Shown here piece by piece: positions 61,666-64,000 of a stretch of 64,000 nt of DNA (within the stretch, counting starts at the first letter, position 1; each line of letters begins with the position of its first letter). Source of the stretch: Rhynchobatus australiae (taxonomy: Eukaryota); assembly GCA_034780895.1 (NCBI GenBank), contig JAUZTB010000107.1, positions 71,082,470-71,146,469 on the forward strand, given 5' to 3'. The notes beneath the pieces were generated by a model, which was not told the DNA's origin, ran no database searches, and saw only the letters and a list, made by a program, of their open reading frames with translations. Made by a program: the position numbers and the translations under genes.

Positions 61666-63689
61666 GGAATATTCAAGTGTGGAAGAGACAGATACACCTG
61701 GTTGGCTTAGAGACAGGTGATGTAGGGAAGGCTGAAGGGGTGACCTTTGTGGGGATGTAGGGTCAGTAACTCACCTCTGGGTCAATTAGGACACTGAGCC
61801 TGCTGATATTCTGGATCTATCTCAGGATGTGGCAGTGAAGGGTGATGTATTCCATGATAATTCTATGGAATTTGATGGACCCCTAAGAAGATGGCTTTAA
61901 TATTCCTAACATTTCTGCTAAAATACCACACAGAGATAGTCATCAATCAATGATATAGTCACAGGTATCATCAGTACAATCAGCAGTCACTCCTTGGCTT
62001 TGTTCTTCTTTTGGTCTCGGTTATGTCTNNNNNNNNNNNNNNNNNNNNNNNNNNNNNNNNNNNNNNNNNNNNNNNNNNNNNNNNNNNNNNNNNNNNNNNN
62101 NNNNNNNNNNNNNNNNNNNNNNNNNNNNAAGTCTTTGAACTCTTGTTAGTTTGTTATTCCATTGCAAAGGATTTCAATATCCCTTTATGAAACTGGTAAA
62201 TTAAATTTTTCAAAAAAATTCTTTATATTTAACTGGAAGTAAAATAAACTTCATGGTCCTATTGCAATGCAATTGCCATACTTATCAAATGGGTTTTCCA
62301 GCGAAGTTGTAAAAAAGAAAACGATTCAGCTAATGACATACGTTTAATTTTTTGAAAAAGATCCTACAGATTTTTTGTTAAATCCTGCTGGTTGTAGAAT
62401 TCAGTTTCAGTTAAACTTTTTAGTGATGAATTCTGCCCTTTGAACATATCAGAAGCAAAACTGATTCAAATTGTCTATCCTACTAATGATTAATGGATGG
62501 CATTGGAGACAAAGGAAAAGAAGTGAGTGTTTGATTTATGAATGACCATGATATACAATACTGTTTTTATAAAAGCAAGAAGCAACCACCGGCACATATT
62601 TAAGGAATCATGTGTACAAAGCATTTAAATGTTGGAACTCTGTATGCATAGCTAATCGATTCTCTTCATATCATTTAAAAGCTACAAATGCTTATATAGC
62701 TGTCAGTTATTAGCTGGACGCATGCATACATGTGTAGGAATGTTAAAGCTGACAGACTGGATCCAGTAAGTCTTTTCACGGTGTAACCATATCCTGGGTG
62801 CCCAAGATTTTTAATTATCCAAAAACCGTGTAATTTAGAATTTACAGTATTTCCCCGAACCATTAAATGGTACATGAATTAATGTCACTCAGAGAGTATG
62901 CAGTATTTCAAGTTAATTACGTTATTTTACAAGAAATTCAATACTGTTAGCCCCTGCAGTTACTCTAGATGTGTGTGTCGCACTCATTGAGAAACTTCTG
63001 AAAGCATCTTGGACATGTACCTCTGCAGTCTAGATGGCTTTTGATTTAATTCCACTTGACCGCGTGACGCGGGTTGCTTCTGACATTTGCAAAGCTGTAG
63101 TGTGTATCACGGTTATTGGTCAAGCAGATGCTAAACTCCCATTTGTCTCCCATTTCAACCATTTCTGACAAGCGAGACCGACAGCGTCTTAATAGGAGTT
63201 ATTTCAGATTTCTTCTCAACGGCAGAAATCAACTCAGTGTCATCTGTTTCAGGAAGGCGATGCAGTTAGTGCTTTTTTTTTAACGATAGGAAACTTTCCC
63301 AGTGAGGTCATAAGAATAGACGCCGAGTCAGACCTGCTCATTCCAGATGGCTGAAAAGTCAAACCCAATAAACGTGCTCAAATTCCTCCCTATTTAAGTA
63401 TCGAACGCTTCTTTGTTGTAACTTTTTTTGGGGCGAAAAACACGTAATGGCTTACTAAACATCGACAACATCACCTCTGTATAGGATATCTTTTGACAGA
63501 CATGTGGATCATAGACTTAACCTATCACAAATAGGCCACAAATGTATTCTTCCAGATGTGAACTGCCTGGCTAGCAAAAATCTTTTTCATGTATGAGATC
63601 TTTGGAATAGCACACAGTTATTGTGGGGCCAGTCCCTTTGAACTGAGTGTCTCTGTCAAAATGACGATATGAGTATATTTGCATATTTT

Positions 63690-64000
63690 CCTTTTCTTAT
63701 GCAGTCCCTTGGGATCTAAGTTGACCTGCTTCCTCTCTGGTCTGTGAGTTCTGTGGTGACTGATGAGGCCAATGTTGGAACTGCAGACTCTTCCGCAGGA
63801 GGTAGCCAAGGGGCAGGTGGTCAACTCTTTCCACCATTCATGCCTTCTATCTGCTCCCGATTCATGGACTCCTGTTCTCAGTATCATCCCAAACTCTGAG
63901 TGCTCATGGGCCAGAGACTCCCAGCTGGGGGGTTTACAGTTTTTTCCAAGGAAACGTTGAGCAAATCCTTGAAACTATTCGTCTGCTGTCCTAGTAATCC
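63690..64000 (-). mobile_element. RTE-clade LINE 3' end
   Basis: ORF …TCPLATSCGRVCSSNIGLISHHRTH (C2H2-like), same family as 9372-9820. Confidence 0.75.

Overview
AT-rich vertebrate genomic DNA with many assembly gaps. The repeat content (CR1, L2 and RTE LINEs, HE1/V-SINE-like tRNA SINEs, palindromic Penelope-like units) points to a cartilaginous fish (inference). The only protein-coding gene I can support is a Pax3/7-family paired-box gene on the minus strand: promoter ~38400-38600, coding exons 1-4 at 38073-37986, (gap)-36882, 35360-35231 and 34695-34561. A long intron 4 runs off the left end; no homeobox exon was found. The gene is unusual. It mixes Pax3-type and Pax7-type residues, has GATGSKP in place of the near-invariant GAIGGSKP paired linker, and lacks the tandem acceptors that give the Q+/- and GL+/- isoforms. 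It may be a divergent Pax3 or a third Pax3/7 paralogue. Other points of interest: a PAX3a-like GKRW intron read-through, a ~14 kb CpG-retaining domain, several candidate enhancers, and short palindromic TSD-flanked elements with degenerate hammerhead-ribozyme cores. Repeat boundaries are approximate, and comparisons with known proteins are from memory rather than from a search.
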